Origin: Octopus vulgaris
Taxonomy: Eukaryota
NCBI GenBank assembly: GCA_951406725.2
Contig: OX597836.1
Location: 12,834,001 to 12,898,000 of the forward strand
Direction: 5' to 3'
Length of the DNA stretch: 64,000 bases
Position numbers and translations under genes: made by a program. The notes under the pieces were generated by a model that saw nothing but the letters and a program-made list of their open reading frames with translations, did no database searches and was not told the DNA's origin. Positions 1 through 13,269 of this stretch are shown in pieces. Position 1 is the stretch's first letter. Each line of letters begins with the position of its first letter.

Positions 1-373
1 CGCTGCCCTAACCACTGGGCCATTGCGCCTCCACATATAATATATATATATATATATGCATATATGTATATATATATATGATTTATGTATGTGTCTTTGT
101 GTCTGTGTTTATCCCCGTACTATTGTTTGGTGTGTTTATGTCCCCGTGACCTAGCAGTTTGGCAAAAGAGACCAAAAGAATAAGTACTAGGCTTACAAAG
201 AATAAGTCCTGGGGAGGTGGGGGTGCGATTTCTTCGACTAAAACCCTTTAAGGCGGTGCTCCAGCATGGCTGCAGCCAAATGGCTTTCAACAAGTAAAAG
301 AATCGGTAAATATGTATGCACACACAACGTTTAAATACTGAAGAACTAAGCTGAGTAATTGTATTTTTGAAAG

Positions 374-537
374 GTCCTGTAATGATAATGGTGCTCCCTC
401 GCCACAAGTTTGGTGAGGTACAAAGCAAGCTGTTCCCCTGCTTTTTCGCACTTGGAACCGTAACCTCATCTATCACATTAATGACATATGTATTGAAAAA
501 CCCATATGTAAGCTGGGATACTCAGAATAAAATTCAG
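374..537 (+). CDS. TMEM205: TMEM205 internal coding exon (first exon lies upstream of the window)
   Basis: Acceptor ttttgaaag|G at 373/374 and donor CAG|gtaagt at 537/538. Translation GPVMIMVLPRHKFGEVQSKLFPCFF matches the TMEM205/DUF4149 motif LPRHxFGxVQSKLFP. Confidence 0.92.
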
Positions 538-1879
538 GTAAGTGAAACGCAGTTTTCATTATCATCATTATTATTATTATTATCATTATTATTATTGTTT
601 ATAAAGACAACAAGCTGGCAGAATTGTTAACATGCCAGGCAAAATGCTTAGCAGTATTTCATCTGCCTTGATGTTTTGAGTTCAAATTCCACTGAGGTTG
701 GCTTTGTCTTTCATCCTTTCGCAGTCGATAAATTAAGTACCAGTTACGCACTGGTGTCGATGTAAACGACTTAATCCCTTTGTCTGTCCTTGTTTAACTC
801 TCTGTGTTTAGCCCCTTGTGGGTAGTAAAGAAATAGGTATTTCATCCGCCTTGACGTTTTGAGTTCAAATTCCACTGAGGTCGGCTTTGTCTTTTATCCT
901 TTCGGGGTTGATAAATTAAGTACCAGTGAAACATTGGGGTCAATGATGCCCTTCCTAATGCCAACCACTTTACAGAGTGTACTGGGTGCTTTTGCATGGC
1001 ACCGCCATAAGTGCTTTACACAACCAGAATAATTGATCTTAACACTTCTGCTGTGGGCTATGAGTCTTCTTGAGTATGGCCAGGCACCAGGTATCTTGAT
1101 TCTTTGTCATCTCACCTGAAAGATTCAGCTTCATGAGGTTGTTCTTCAGTACTTCATCTCATGTCTTCCTGGGTCTCCCACTTCCACGCGTTCCATCCAC
1201 TTTGAGAGATCGGCACTGAGCAACAAAGTGCTCTAGAACCACATGGTGAAGTACCATTGGCAAAGAAAGGAGACGAGAGGGCTGGAGAAGCTGAAATGAG
1301 AAGAGAACAGTGGCAAAAAAACAGAGCTGGTTGGAGAGATTGCGTTGTGGCCTTATGCACCTCCTGGCATGGGGAGATGGATGGATGGAAGCACTCCGTC
1401 GGTTACGACGACGAGGGTTCCCGTTGATCCGAATCAACGGAACAGCCTGCTCGTGAAATTAACGTGTAAGTGGCTGAGCACTCCACAGACACGTGCACCC
1501 TTAACGTAGTTCTCGGGGATATTCAGCGTGACACAGAGAGTGACAAGGCCGGCCCTTTGAAATACAGGTACAACAGAAACAGGAAGTAAGAGTGAGAGAA
1601 AGTTGTGGTGAAAGAGTACAGCAGGGATCACCACCATCCCCTGCCGGAGCCTCGTGGAGCTTTAGGTGTTTTCGCTCAATAAACACTCACAACGCCCGGT
1701 CTGGGAATCGAAACCGCGATCCTATGACCGCGAGTCCGCTGCCCTAACCACACTGGGCCATTGCACCTCCACTCGGCATGGAGAGAACTGACTAACTGAC
1801 TGACTGACTAACAACTAACTGACATATATGTATAATCTACAAACTTTTTACTAATTCATTTTCTATCCTACATTTTCAG

Positions 1880-2164
1880 GTTGCCATGCTCTCTTCTAAT
1901 CTGGTCTTTTCCCTGCTAAACTTCCTTGTGTTCGGCCCTCAGTCCGCAGACGCTATGTTTAAACGACATAACTTGGAGCAGAAAGTTGGAGTCGGACATG
2001 AAGTAGGTTTCAGTGTCGATCGCTCAGAACTCATGAAAAATCCAATCTATGCTGCCATCAATAAAACCTTCAGCCGTTACCATATGGCAAGCACGTTCTC
2101 AAACTTCCTCATTATGCTAGGTAATTTTTCGCATCTGTATTCCCTGTCTTTCAGAGGCCTCTAA
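1880..2164 (+). CDS. TMEM205: TMEM205 terminal coding exon
   Basis: Acceptor cattttcag|GTT, phase 0, in frame with the previous exon. VAMLSSNLVFSLLNFLVFGPQSADAMF...GVGHEVG...NPIYAAINKTFSRYHMASTFSN resembles the TMEM205 C-terminus (GLGxEV, PxY, FxRYHxxS). Stop TAA ends at 2164. Confidence 0.92.
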   Translation, partial: VAMLSSNLVFSLLNFLVFGPQSADAMFKRHNLEQKVGVGHEVGFSVDRSELMKNPIYAAINKTFSRYHMASTFSNFLIMLGNFSHLYSLSFRGL

Positions 2165-2780
2165 TTGATTTCCGGCATTTTTTTTTCCTCTCAATTTTAT
2201 ATAGTAATTTGTCATTTTTTTTTTTTTGAAGTTTTTGTAATTAAAAAATTTTTTTGCAAAAATTAAATGTTGATTTAAACATAATTTCTGTTGATATTTT
2301 TTATTTTATAAAAAAAAAAAAATTCATACAGAAATGCATGGTATTGTTGTGTGGTTAAAAAGCTTGCTTCCCAACCATGTGGTCTTGGGTTCAATCCCAC
2401 CACACAGCTCCTTGGGCAAGTGTCTTCTACTATAAACCAGAGCTGACCAAAACTTTGTGAGTAAGTTTGATAGACAGAAACTGGAAGAAGCCCATCATAT
2501 GTATGCATATATCTATATATATTGATAATTAGGCGGCGAGCTGGCAGAAATGTTAGCACGCTGGGCGAAATACTTAGCGGTATTTCGTCTGCCGTTACGT
2601 TCTGAGTTCAAATTCCGCCGAGGTCGACTTTGCCTTTCATCCTTTCGGGGTCGATAAATTAAGTACCAGTTACGCACTGGGGTCGATATAATAGACTTAA
2701 TCCCTTTGTCCTTGTTTGTCCCCTCTGTGTTTAGCCCCTAGTGGGTAGTAAAGAAATATATATATCACTGCATACATCTC

Positions 2781-2969
2781 TCACCTTCGTTCCTGGGAAT
2801 AGAGTCGCAGCCCTTTCAACCTGTCCCAGTAACTCAGTCGTTCCATTGATGCAATTTTCTTTGTGTAATGTCGTTGACCTGCTTCAAACTCTGCTATCGT
2901 CCTTGTAGTATATAAGGTGACCATAGCTGAGAGCAGTAGTCCATTCGGCTGACGATAAATGGCTTCCAT
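2781..2969 (-). mobile_element. CR1-like LINE fragment (further piece at about 3600-3700)
   Basis: LSYWDRLKGLRLYSQERR and LQKDLDAIYTWAEDNNMQFNASK are CR1 RT-region motifs. Confidence 0.7.
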
Positions 2970-4559
2970 AGTGTCATCATAGTTTCTTGGTCCCTTGTCT
3001 AGAAGGTTCTCAGAATCTAACCGGCCAGTCTTCTGGATACTCTTTTACTTGTTTCAGTCATTTGACTGCGGCCATGCTGGAGCACCGCCTTTAGTTGAGC
3101 AAATCGACCCCCGGGACTTATTCTTTGTAAGCCCAGTACTTATTCTATCGGTCCCTTTTGCCGAACTGCTAAGTGACAGGGACATAAACACACCAGCATC
3201 GGTTGTCAAGCAATGCTAGGGGGACAAACACACACACACACACACAAACATACATGCACATACATATATATACATATATCCAACGGGCTTCTTTCAGTTT
3301 CCGTCTACCAAATCCACTCACAAGGCTTTGGTCAGCCCGTGGCTATAGTAGAAGACATTTGCCCAAGGTGCCACGCAGCGGGACTGAACCCGGAACCATG
3401 TGGTTGGTAAGCAAGCTACTTACCACACAGCCACTCCTGCGCCTATACTGCTACCATTTTGTTGATATGTGTGTGAAATGAGGCATTGTTGCTAATTTCT
3501 ATTCCAAGATCATGCACCGTATTTGATTCTGGGATCGTTGCTCCACTTGGTCCAGTGTACTGATGTCATGATTCCTGAGCAGTGCTTAACTGGTAGCAGA
3601 GGGGCCTGGAATTTACTTGCATTAAATTGCATGTTGTTATCCTCAGCCCATGTATAGATGGCATCTAGATCTTTCTGTAAGAGCATAAATAGACCCACAG
3701 CATTTGACTGTTACTTTATTTCATCAACCGCAGAAGAACAAAGGGTAAATTTTTCCTCAGCAGGATATAAAAAAAACAAACACAAAAGGGCCATCAATGA
3801 ATACCAGAAAATATTCTGTTGGACGCTGTAATGATTTTTGCCAAATGATAATTTCAAAAGTAAAATACAAAGAAAAAAAATAAATTCTTTTTAGAAAATA
3901 ATTTTTTTTGCTTTATTAACTTTATTTTTTAAAACCCAGGCAAAGTTTTTTTCTTTTTTTCTTATAAAAGATAAACATTTTTTTTATAGAGAGACGTAGG
4001 ACAATTTATTTGGCATATTTCGAACATATCTTTTGTTGGATAGGGCTATACTTTTACTACTTTCAGGCAATAGACTGTGGCCATGCTGGGAGTTTAGATG
4101 ACTGTAAATTGACCTCAGAGTTTTATAAATTTCTGTTTATTTTATTGACTTTCAAAGAAAAAAACAATTAAGCTAACCTGAGCATAAATAAATGTAATCA
4201 ATACCATAAGGTATTTTGTTTGACAAACTACCATCTTTTTTTTTTGTTTTTTGTTATAATTAATCAGTTTAGAATGTAGAAAATAATTTTAAAAATACCA
4301 CATTTAGAACTTAGCTGTTTCTAATTTAATATTCTACCAGTTTCTAGAACTTATCTGCTAAATTCAGTATTTTACACATGAGCGAGAGAACAAATGAAAG
4401 TAAGTAGCACTCAATACATTTGGTTGGAGTTACACTTACTTAATAACAGTTTAACTCAGCTCCATGTGATATAATATAAAGTGTCATAGGTCTGTAGGAC
4501 ACATCATCTCATCAGGTATTTGGAAGCAGGATGTGCCTTAAATGGCCATGTAACTTTGA

Positions 4560-5097
4560 CCCTTTAGACCCTTTAAACCAGCCATATTCAGCCCACGTAT
4601 TTTACCTGTTGTATGTTCATACTGGCCAGACCAAGGCTCTCTCACCTTCCCTACCATGTCATTCTAAAAGTAAGCAATCACATCATCAAAATCTTGAAGC
4701 TACAAGCTAATGCATTACTAATTCAAAAAGCATTACAATTGACAGAGTAACCTGAATGCTAAAGGTTAGCTCTTTATTTTTGAAACCAGCCATATCCGTC
4801 CAAATATTCTACCTGCTTTATGCTCAAGCCGGCCAGATCCAGCTTCTCACACCTACCCTACAATGTCATTCTAAAAGTAAGCAATCATATCATTGAAATC
4901 TCAAAGCTATGAGATAATGCATGATAAATTCAAAACAAGGCCAGATCCAGCCTCTCACACCTACCCTACAATGTCATTCTAAAAGTAAGCAATCACATCA
5001 TCGAAATCTTGACGCTACTAGCTAATGCATGATTAATTCAAAACAATATGAATAAATAAGCATTAAATTTGACAGAATTTGAATGCTAAAGGGTTAA
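4560..5097. mobile_element. piggyBac-type MITE with internal tandem triplication
   Basis: accctttag...ctaaagggTTAA ends; three copies of ccagatccagcctctcacacctaccctacaatgtcattctaaaagtaagcaatca. Related TTAA-accctt elements near 16190-16345 and 34560-34760. Confidence 0.6.
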
Positions 5098-7171
5098 GCC
5101 GTATGGAACTAAGTCTAACTGTTATTATATATGTATGTATATTGTCTTTACACTTCACTTAAGTAATCCATGATGTTTACAAGGAGACCTTATGACAGTC
5201 TGTTCTGCTATAAGAAATGGTTCTATTCTGTAAAAGTTTCATTCAGCATATCCATTGGATTATGGTAATGCTGGATCATTACTTATTTGTAAATAATTGA
5301 CACCTTATGTGGGCACCATTCGAGTGTGATCGTTACCAGCGTTTACGCTGATGGCACGTGAAAAAACATTCGAGCAAGGTCGTTGCCAGTGCCGCTGGAC
5401 TGGCTCCTGTGCAGGTGGCATGTAAAAAACACCATTTGAGCGTGGCCGTTGCCAGTACCGCCTGACTGGCCCTCGTGCCGGTGGCACGTAAAAGCACCCA
5501 CTACACTCTTGGAGTGGTCGGCATTAGGAAGGGCATCCAGCTGTAGAAACTCTGCTAGATCAGACTAGAGCCTGGTTGTGTCTTTCCCTCTTTCTTTTTC
5601 TTAAGATGATGCATGCGGGGAGTGATTTGAAGGAGATTTTGGCTGCTATTTCTTGCAAACTGAGCAACCATGTAATGGCTCCCTCATTTGGTTCATAATG
5701 AGAGTATATTATAGGTACTGATAATTGAAATATATTTCTTGGAGATGAATGAAAAAGAGTTCAATGATGAAACAAGGTAAAGCTGCCCAAATTCTTAAGC
5801 TTTTACTCTGAATAAGTAAAGTACTCCTTAATTCATCTGGTTGGGTCAAGGATACACAGCTAGGTTGCCATTATACAGGAAATATCATCCTTGATAAGGG
5901 GCAGTATGACAGAATGTGCTGCACAATTGTCATTGTACATCTTTAGTGCTTAACGATGTGCTTTCAGTCATCTGGTACGAAATGGTTTTTGTATAAGTAA
6001 AAAGAGAGATTGCTACGATAATCCAACATTGTTGAAAAGAGACACTGGACAATATTGCTCTCTGATATTCCAAAATTGGGATGGTCACATTTGGGACAAT
6101 TTTCGTCATAGGTTAGCTCAGATTGAGTAGATCTACAATCAAAGACATTTCAACCATGACCATCCCATCAATTATTAAAAAAATTTTTTTTTTTTTTCAC
6201 AGACATAATGATAGTAGTATCCAATGTGACTTCTATTTCTTAAGATAGAATGTGCTGCAAAGGAGAAATTGTGACTTGTTTTTGGTCACAGTAAGGGGCA
6301 AAAACAATAAACTGGGAATTTTCTACTTTGATGTTGCTTCACCCAATTACATCATCTGTTTCTAAATTATTTGTCTGTTAAGTATGTTAATATAAAATTT
6401 TAAATTCTTTCTTTTGTGCTGCTTTAAATCATAAACTGTACAGGACCCACACCCATTACAAGCATTTTATGGGTGTCTTAATGTTCAAGTAACTTCTGCT
6501 ATATATTTAACTCCATTAATGACCATCCCTCCATCCATCTTTATCCACTTATATTTCAGAGAGGGCAATAAAAGTGGAGTTCCTCAGACATACTTTTCCA
6601 GATGGTTCTATCAGAAGCAACCATCAACAAACGATCCACTTGGATCCACAAGTGTCATTAACCAAAGCTTTGGATATTATCCAATCATGATTGAGTCATA
6701 TGATTTGATTAAAATTGATTTAAGAAATTTGTTGCATTTAGCAAAATAACTTAAGTTTTGCATATATTTCTACACTAATTATTCAGGTACTTGGAATATA
6801 AACTTATGAAAAGGTACTTCAATAAAATTATGATGAAGTTTGTAATTAAAATATGGGCACTTTAGAAATAAAGGTGTTGTATCAAACAGGCAGTGTCAGG
6901 CAAATGGTATCAAAAAGATTAATACTTGAAGGTGCAGACTTTTAATCTTATGGTTTTTTTGAAGGATGAAAGCAATTACATATATATATATATGTATATA
7001 TATATCGTAAAATATTATTTTTTGGATCAAATGACAACAGGCACCTACCAATTAAAAAGCTGAACAAATCGTTTGGTTTGCATTTTAGATATTAGGTTTG
7101 AGTTAAAAACCCTAATTAAAAGATGTTCAAAATATTATATTGCCAGATAAATGATCCCACACCGGTACATG

Positions 7172-7230
<59 letters not shown>

Positions 7231-7312
7231 AGATTTCTATATAGGAAGCTTAAACGATTTTTAATTTTGCGACTAAGTCTATAAACAGTTGATTGAACTG
7301 GATCAATGGATG

Positions 7313-7515
7313 TTATGAAAAAAGGTCAACCTCCTCTCTATCCGTATTTTCCTCAATATATTTTGCAAATTCATCGACGGATGTCGGTAAAACAGGGCTG
7401 CTTAGCTATCTGCGCTGCATCTGCTGCTTTTTTGGGTTTGTGTGTTCTTGGGGTTGGCACCGGCTTCCTGGGTTTTTTGTTCACTGCTAGCAGTTGCGAA
7501 AGGTCGTCTTCCACT
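7313..7515 (-). CDS. HS1BP3: HS1BP3 terminal exon 7 (apparent 1-nt frameshift)
   Basis: Acceptor ctaattaacag|A (phase 2), then VEDDLSQLLAVNKKPRKPVPTPR (cf. VEEDLDQIL...KPKP). This frame stops at TGA 7373-7371. The +1 frame reads PTSVDEFAKYIEENTDREEVDLFS-TAA (7315-7313), resembling the HS1BP3 C-terminal DILQYI...SLF. Confidence 0.85.
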
Positions 7516-7562
7516 CTGTTAATTAGAAAGAATTACCGTCAACACAAATTGATTAACTTTAT

Positions 7563-7598
<36 letters not shown>

Positions 7599-7699
7599 GC
7601 AACAACAATAATGCATCACTAATTCAAAACATTTTTTATACTGATATAAACATTGACATGGACCAAGACCCATGCTCATGCATGCACATACATACACAA

Positions 7700-8625
7700 A
7701 CTCCGACGTCTGGCAGCTGACTTGGCAGACACCCATAAAATTATCAACCATCGTACAAACAATAACTCTGAGCATCTTTTCAAACTCCACCCGTCTAACA
7801 CCCGTGGACATATTTACAAAGTCAGAAAACAGCACAGCTCCCATGACTTCAGGAAACATTTTTTCACGCTGACAGTTGCTGAAGCATGGAACAAACTGCC
7901 GGCATCAGTTGTTAGTTGTCGGAGCACTGCATCCTTCAAAACTTCCATGCTTCCTGAGATTCGCCAACACTACACCTGATTTTCTCCCCTTCATACACAC
8001 GCTGAAGCATGGAACAAACTGCCGGCATCAGTTGTTAGTTGTCGGAGCACTGCATCCTTCAAAACTTCCATGCTTCCTGAGATTCGCCAACACTACACCT
8101 GATTTTCTCCCCTCCATACACACGCTGAAGCATGGAACAAACTGCTGGCATCAGTTGTTAGTTGTCGGAGCACTGCATCCTTCAAAACTTCCATGCTTCC
8201 TGAGATTCGCCAACACTACACCTGATATTCTCCCCTCCATACACACGCTGAAGCATGGAACAAACTGCTGGCATCAGTTGTTAGTTGTCGGAGCACTGCA
8301 TCCTTCAAAACTTCCATGCTTCCTGAGATTCGCCAACACTACACCTGATATTCTCCCCTCCATACACACGCTGAAGCATGGAACAAACTGCTGGCATCAG
8401 TTGTTAGTTGTCGGAGCACTGCATCCTTCAAAACTTCCATGCTTCCTGAGATTCGCCAACACTACACCTGATTTTCTCCCCTTCATACACACGCAAGCAT
8501 GTATCTGACTCATACATTGTTCGCTTTCCAGACATTTCTACATTACTGCATGTACTTTATATGCACTTTCTGACAAGTTGTGGTGCACCTGAGCACTGTA
8601 TACAATAATTTCATTATTATTATTA
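7700..8625 (+). mobile_element. CR1-like LINE 3' fragment with (ATT)n tail
   Basis: NTRGHIYKVRKQ...RKHFFTLTVAEAWNKLP is the typical CR1/L2 ORF2 C-terminus. Confidence 0.88.
7878..8492 (+). repeat. Tandem array, 5 x 123 bp, inside the CR1 fragment
   Basis: Units start at 7878, 8001, 8124, 8247 and 8370 and are near-identical. Confidence 0.95.
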
Positions 8626-9286
8626 TATTATATATATGCCTATACATATATAAGTAGAAAATGACGGAAGGAAGCAGTCATCATTTTATTTTAAACTGCT
8701 TAGCATTTGGGTTAGCTGCAGCAGTGACTCTCCAACTGTTGGTCATGATCATTGTGACATATTTTCCTATGGTGGTGGTCGTGGTGGTGGAATTAGGGGG
8801 TTGGCGGCATAAGTTATGATATTGGTTGTAGTTGCCATCATCATAACATAACACCCAAAAAATATAAAGGGCTTTTTGTAAAACTTCCAACATTGTTAGA
8901 AGCTTTCTTTATTTCCCTTTCTTCCTTTTCTATTTCTGTACTATAATGCTTCAAACAAACTCCAACACTCTCATATATATATTACTCTTTATCTTATTTT
9001 AAACTTTTAATAATTTTTGATAGATATTAAAAAAAAAAATTTTTTGTAATTTTTTTAAATAAATTAATTAAATAAATAATAATAAAAAAATATATATATA
9101 TATATTTAAAAATTTATAAGTATAAATTATTTATTTAAATAATTTTTTGAATTTTAACTTTAATTTAAATATTTAAAATTTTGAATTTTATATTTTATAT
9201 ATTTTTATTAATTAATTTTATTTCTATGTATTGGTTTATGATTTTCACTGTTTGATTTGCCTAATAGTGGTTTTATCTCTAATTTA

Positions 9287-9338
<52 letters not shown>

Positions 9339-9639
9339 CCTGGGGTTGCATAAGGTAAAGAGATAAAGATTACCTGCAGGAAGGATATCAATAAGTCTTA
9401 TGTAACCCATACCAACAGATGTCCTTTCATTTTAATCAGACAGCTGAGTGTGATATAAGTGAAATTTCATAGCTATTTTTTTTCAGCTGATTGAGTAACA
9501 AAGTAGGGTGTTCACTGCTTAATCTATTCAGTCAAAATTACCTTCTCCATGGTATAGAATAATTGTAGAGAATAAAATTGAAATTGATGAAAAACTGAAG
9601 TTGAAAAAGTAAGGGAAGAATAAAGACAGAAATTCTTAC

Positions 9640-9772
9640 TGGAGAAGGTCATCTGAAAATAAATTGGATTTGTTTTCCGGAGATAATGTTTTCTCTTCTG
9701 TGACGGGACTCAGTATACTTTTAACAGATTCTTCTTCCAAGTTCTCTTCTTCAAACATTTTCACTTTGTAAG
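9640..9772 (-). CDS. HS1BP3: HS1BP3 exon 6
   Basis: Acceptor tctctttcag|CT (phase 1) and donor CA|gtaaga (phase 2). YKVKMFEEENLEEES...NLFSDDLL; KMFEEENL parallels vertebrate KLFDDPDL. Confidence 0.82.
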
Positions 9773-10794
9773 CTGAAAGAGAAAGAAGTTATTTTAGCCA
9801 TTTTGCCAAATTCATCGGTGTTCAACCATGACTGTGTGACTAAGAACATAAGAGTAAGCGATTATATACAGTATATATCTCTTTTAATTGTTTCAGTTGT
9901 TGGACTGTGACCATGCTGGGGCACAGCCTTGAAGGGTTCAGAAAGGGTTCAGTTGAACAAATTACCCCCAAGTACTTGCTTTTTTAAAGTCTGGTGCTTA
10001 TTGTGCTCATTCTATTGGCCTCTCTTGGTAAACTGCTAGTTACAGGAACGTAAACAAACCAACACCAGTTGTCAAGTGATGTGGGGAAATAAACAAACAC
10101 AAAGAAATATATACATCATCATCATCATCATCAACATCGTCGTTTAACGTCCATTGTCCATGCTGGCACGAGTAGGACAGTTTGACCAGGGCTGGTAAGC
10201 TGAGGGGTTGCACCAGACTCCAGTCTGATTTGGCATGGTTTCTATGGCTGAATGCCCTTCCTAATGCCGACCATCCCAAGGGTGTAATAAGTGCTTTTGT
10301 ATGCCACTGGCACAGGTGCCAGTTGTGTGACACCAGTATCTGCCACTGGTTTGATGAGTCTTCTCAAGCACAGCATATTGCAAAGGCTTCATCATTTGTC
10401 ATTGCCTCTGTACCAAAAGGATCTTTACTAATTTTGCAGAACCCTCTTTCTTTCCACTTCCCAAACATGCTGGTTCTCTGAACAGCCCTTATCACCTCAA
10501 AAAAGTCCCCATTATTCCTTGCCCACTTTGCATCCAACTTTACACAACACACATTTGATAATCCCATTTACACTTATATGTGTACTTGATAATGCGCCTG
10601 GTTGAATGGAAACTGATAGTTTTGGGAGAGACTACTAGATTCATCACCCAAGTACATACATATACATCAATTGGGTGAAAGCACCACCAGTTATTTCAAA
10701 CCAAAACCACTAACACAGACAACAATATCCTTTCCATTTCAAGCAAGGCATACCAGAACTAACCCATATAGTCACTAACCCCAACCTCCCCCCC

Positions 10795-11188
10795 TCTCTC
10801 TCTCTATCTATCTATCTATCTGTCTAGGGATATACCTCTCTCTCTCTCTCTTTATCAAGTTATATGTGTCTTTCTCTATCTCTCTCTCTCTCTATCCAGA
10901 GATATAATTCTCTCTTTCTCTATAAATCTAGCTGTCTCTCTGTCAAGGATAATATCTCTCTATCCAGGAATATACCCATCTCTTTCTCTCTCTCTCTATC
11001 TATCTCTATATATCTCTCTATCCAGGAATATACCCCTTCTCTCTCTCTCTGTCTATCTATTTATCCATCTCTATATCTAACTTTCTATCTATCTATTTCT
11101 CTATCAGGGGATAAACCTCTCTCTCTGTCCCTCTCTCGCTCTATCTATCGCTATCTATCTATCTATCTCTATCTCTCTATCCTGGGAT

Positions 11189-11260
<72 letters not shown>
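10795..11260. repeat. Compound (CT)n/(CTAT)n microsatellite
   Basis: Directly visible; explains ORF 10864-11340. Confidence 0.9.
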
Positions 11261-11261
<1 letters not shown>

Positions 11262-11641
11262 CACCAACCCCCGGGCACACATCTTGATCTCTCTAACTTC
11301 ATTTGTCATATCTCATTCACGTCCACTATTTCAAAAGTGAAAACGGTCATTAAAAGTAAACTACAATAACTTATCTCCCTTGTTCTATGCATTTATCTCC
11401 CTTAGTCCCACTTTGGAAAGAGCTGCTATCGGAGGAAATTGAACCAACTAAATTGAATTGCTTTCATTAAGAGCGAGAATCCTTGGAATATACAATGGAT
11501 ATAGATATAGTTTGTTTTTATTTTTTATTCAATAAGGGGAGATAACTGGGCCTTTTCACTTTTCTGAAATACAAAAATTAGAATCATGCCAACCAAAATA
11601 CAAAAACAAACTAAAATTAGAAATATAATGAAGACACTCAC

Positions 11642-11766
11642 ATTTTGCTTTGGAATCGCCAACAAAAAGGTTTGAATCCAATTTCTTCTGATTTGTTCCT
11701 ATATCTGGAAACAATTCTTGGGGTTCCTCTTCCTCTTCACCAAAAATGTTAACTTCATCCATTGGA
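11642..11766 (-). CDS. HS1BP3: HS1BP3 exon 5
   Basis: Acceptor ctgttttcag|T (phase 2) and donor T|gtgagt (phase 1). PMDEVNIFGEEEEEPQELFPDIG resembles the HS1BP3 acidic IF/LF motifs. Confidence 0.82.
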
Positions 11767-12707
11767 CTGAAAACAGATGGAAAAAATCATTTCATTTAAC
11801 CTTTTAAAACAAGTATTTACTTAATTATATCTACTTTGATCGTTACCAGAGAGGCTATCTGGCCTCCGTGCCGGTGGCACGTAAAAGACACCATTCGAGC
11901 GTGATCGTTACCAGCATCACCTTACTGGCACCTGTGCCAGTGGCGTGCGTAAAAGATTCGATCGAGGTTGTTGCCAGTACCACCTGACTGGTCCCGTGCC
12001 GGTGGCATGTAAAAGACACCATTCGAGCGTTACTGTCACCTGTGCCGGTGGCATGTGTAAAAGATTCGAGCGAGGTCATTGCCAGTACTGCCTGATTGGC
12101 CCTGTGCCGGTGGCACGTAAAAGCACCCACTACACTCTCGGAGTGGTTGATATTAGGAAGGGCATCCAGCTGTAGAAACTCTGCCAGATCAGATTGGAGC
12201 CTGGTGCAGCCATCTGGTTCGCCAGCCCTCAGTCAAATCGTTCAACCCATGCTAGCATGGAAAGCGGACGTTAAACGATGATGATTTGTAGTCTAAATGG
12301 TGAAGGCACATAGCCCAGTGGTTAGGGTGTGGCATACACAATCACAAGATCGTAGTTTCAATTCCTGGACCAGATGGTGCATTGCATTCTTGTACTCTCA
12401 CATTGCCCTGGTCTACTTAACTGTAAATTAATAACTTTGCAAGATCTGGTGGTTGGACAAAATTTCAAACAAAAATTGGGAAAGAATGAACCAAACTCTC
12501 ATCAATCAGGAAATTCTGAAAAAGAGAATGGGGATGGATCAGTCACACCCAAAGGAGACCTCCGAGCAGCATTGCCAGACATGTTAGACTGGCAGCCTGA
12601 AGAACAGAGGACAGTTGGACAACCTAAAAGGACCTGGAGGATGAAGCGAACGCAATCGGTCTCTCAAAGAGGTAGTCCAATATCCCTTCCACTGGCATGA
12701 AATGATC

Positions 12708-13269
12708 ATAATAATAATAATAATAATAATTGTGTACAGTGCTCAGGTGCACTACAACTCATCTAAAGTGTATATATAATCAGGTGAAGTTTCGGCGGAT
12801 TTCGGAAAGCATGAGGGCCTTAAAAGATGCAGTGTCATGGCAGTCAACAACTGACGCAGGCAGTTTATTCCATGCTTCAGCAACTCTGAGCGTGAAAAAA
12901 TGTTTCCGAAAGTCATGGGAGCTGTATTGTTTTCTGACTTTGTAGGCATGTCCACGTGTGTTAGACACATGGAGATCAAAAAGGTGTTCAGTGTTGTTGT
13001 TGGTGAGGTGGTTGATAACTTTGTGGGTGTTTACCAAGTCCGTCGCCAAACGCCGGAGCTTCAGAGAATCCATGCCCAGGGAAACAAGGCGCTCAGAATA
13101 TGGTAGGTGTCTGATGGAGGGTATGCGTTTGGTTGCACGTCTCTGGACAGATTCCAGGAGGTCAATGTTCTGTGCAAGATAGGGGTTCCAAACTGATGAT
13201 GCGAATTCCAAGTGTGGTCGTACCATAGCTGTATACAGCTGTATAAGTGTGGTCGTACCATAGCTGTAT
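12708..13269 (-). mobile_element. CR1-like LINE 3' fragment
   Basis: VRPHLEFASSVWNPY...LESVQRRATKRI...TRGHAYK...WNKLP; (ATT)n tail; short duplication at its 5' junction. Confidence 0.9.

Noticed and set aside
7876-8508. 210-aa ORF as a novel repeat protein
   Set aside because: It is an alternative frame of a tandemly amplified CR1 3' end and has no ATG start.
8970-9335. Extremely AT-rich stretch as an organellar insertion or origin
   Set aside because: Only low-complexity A/T runs; no recognisable gene or tRNA.
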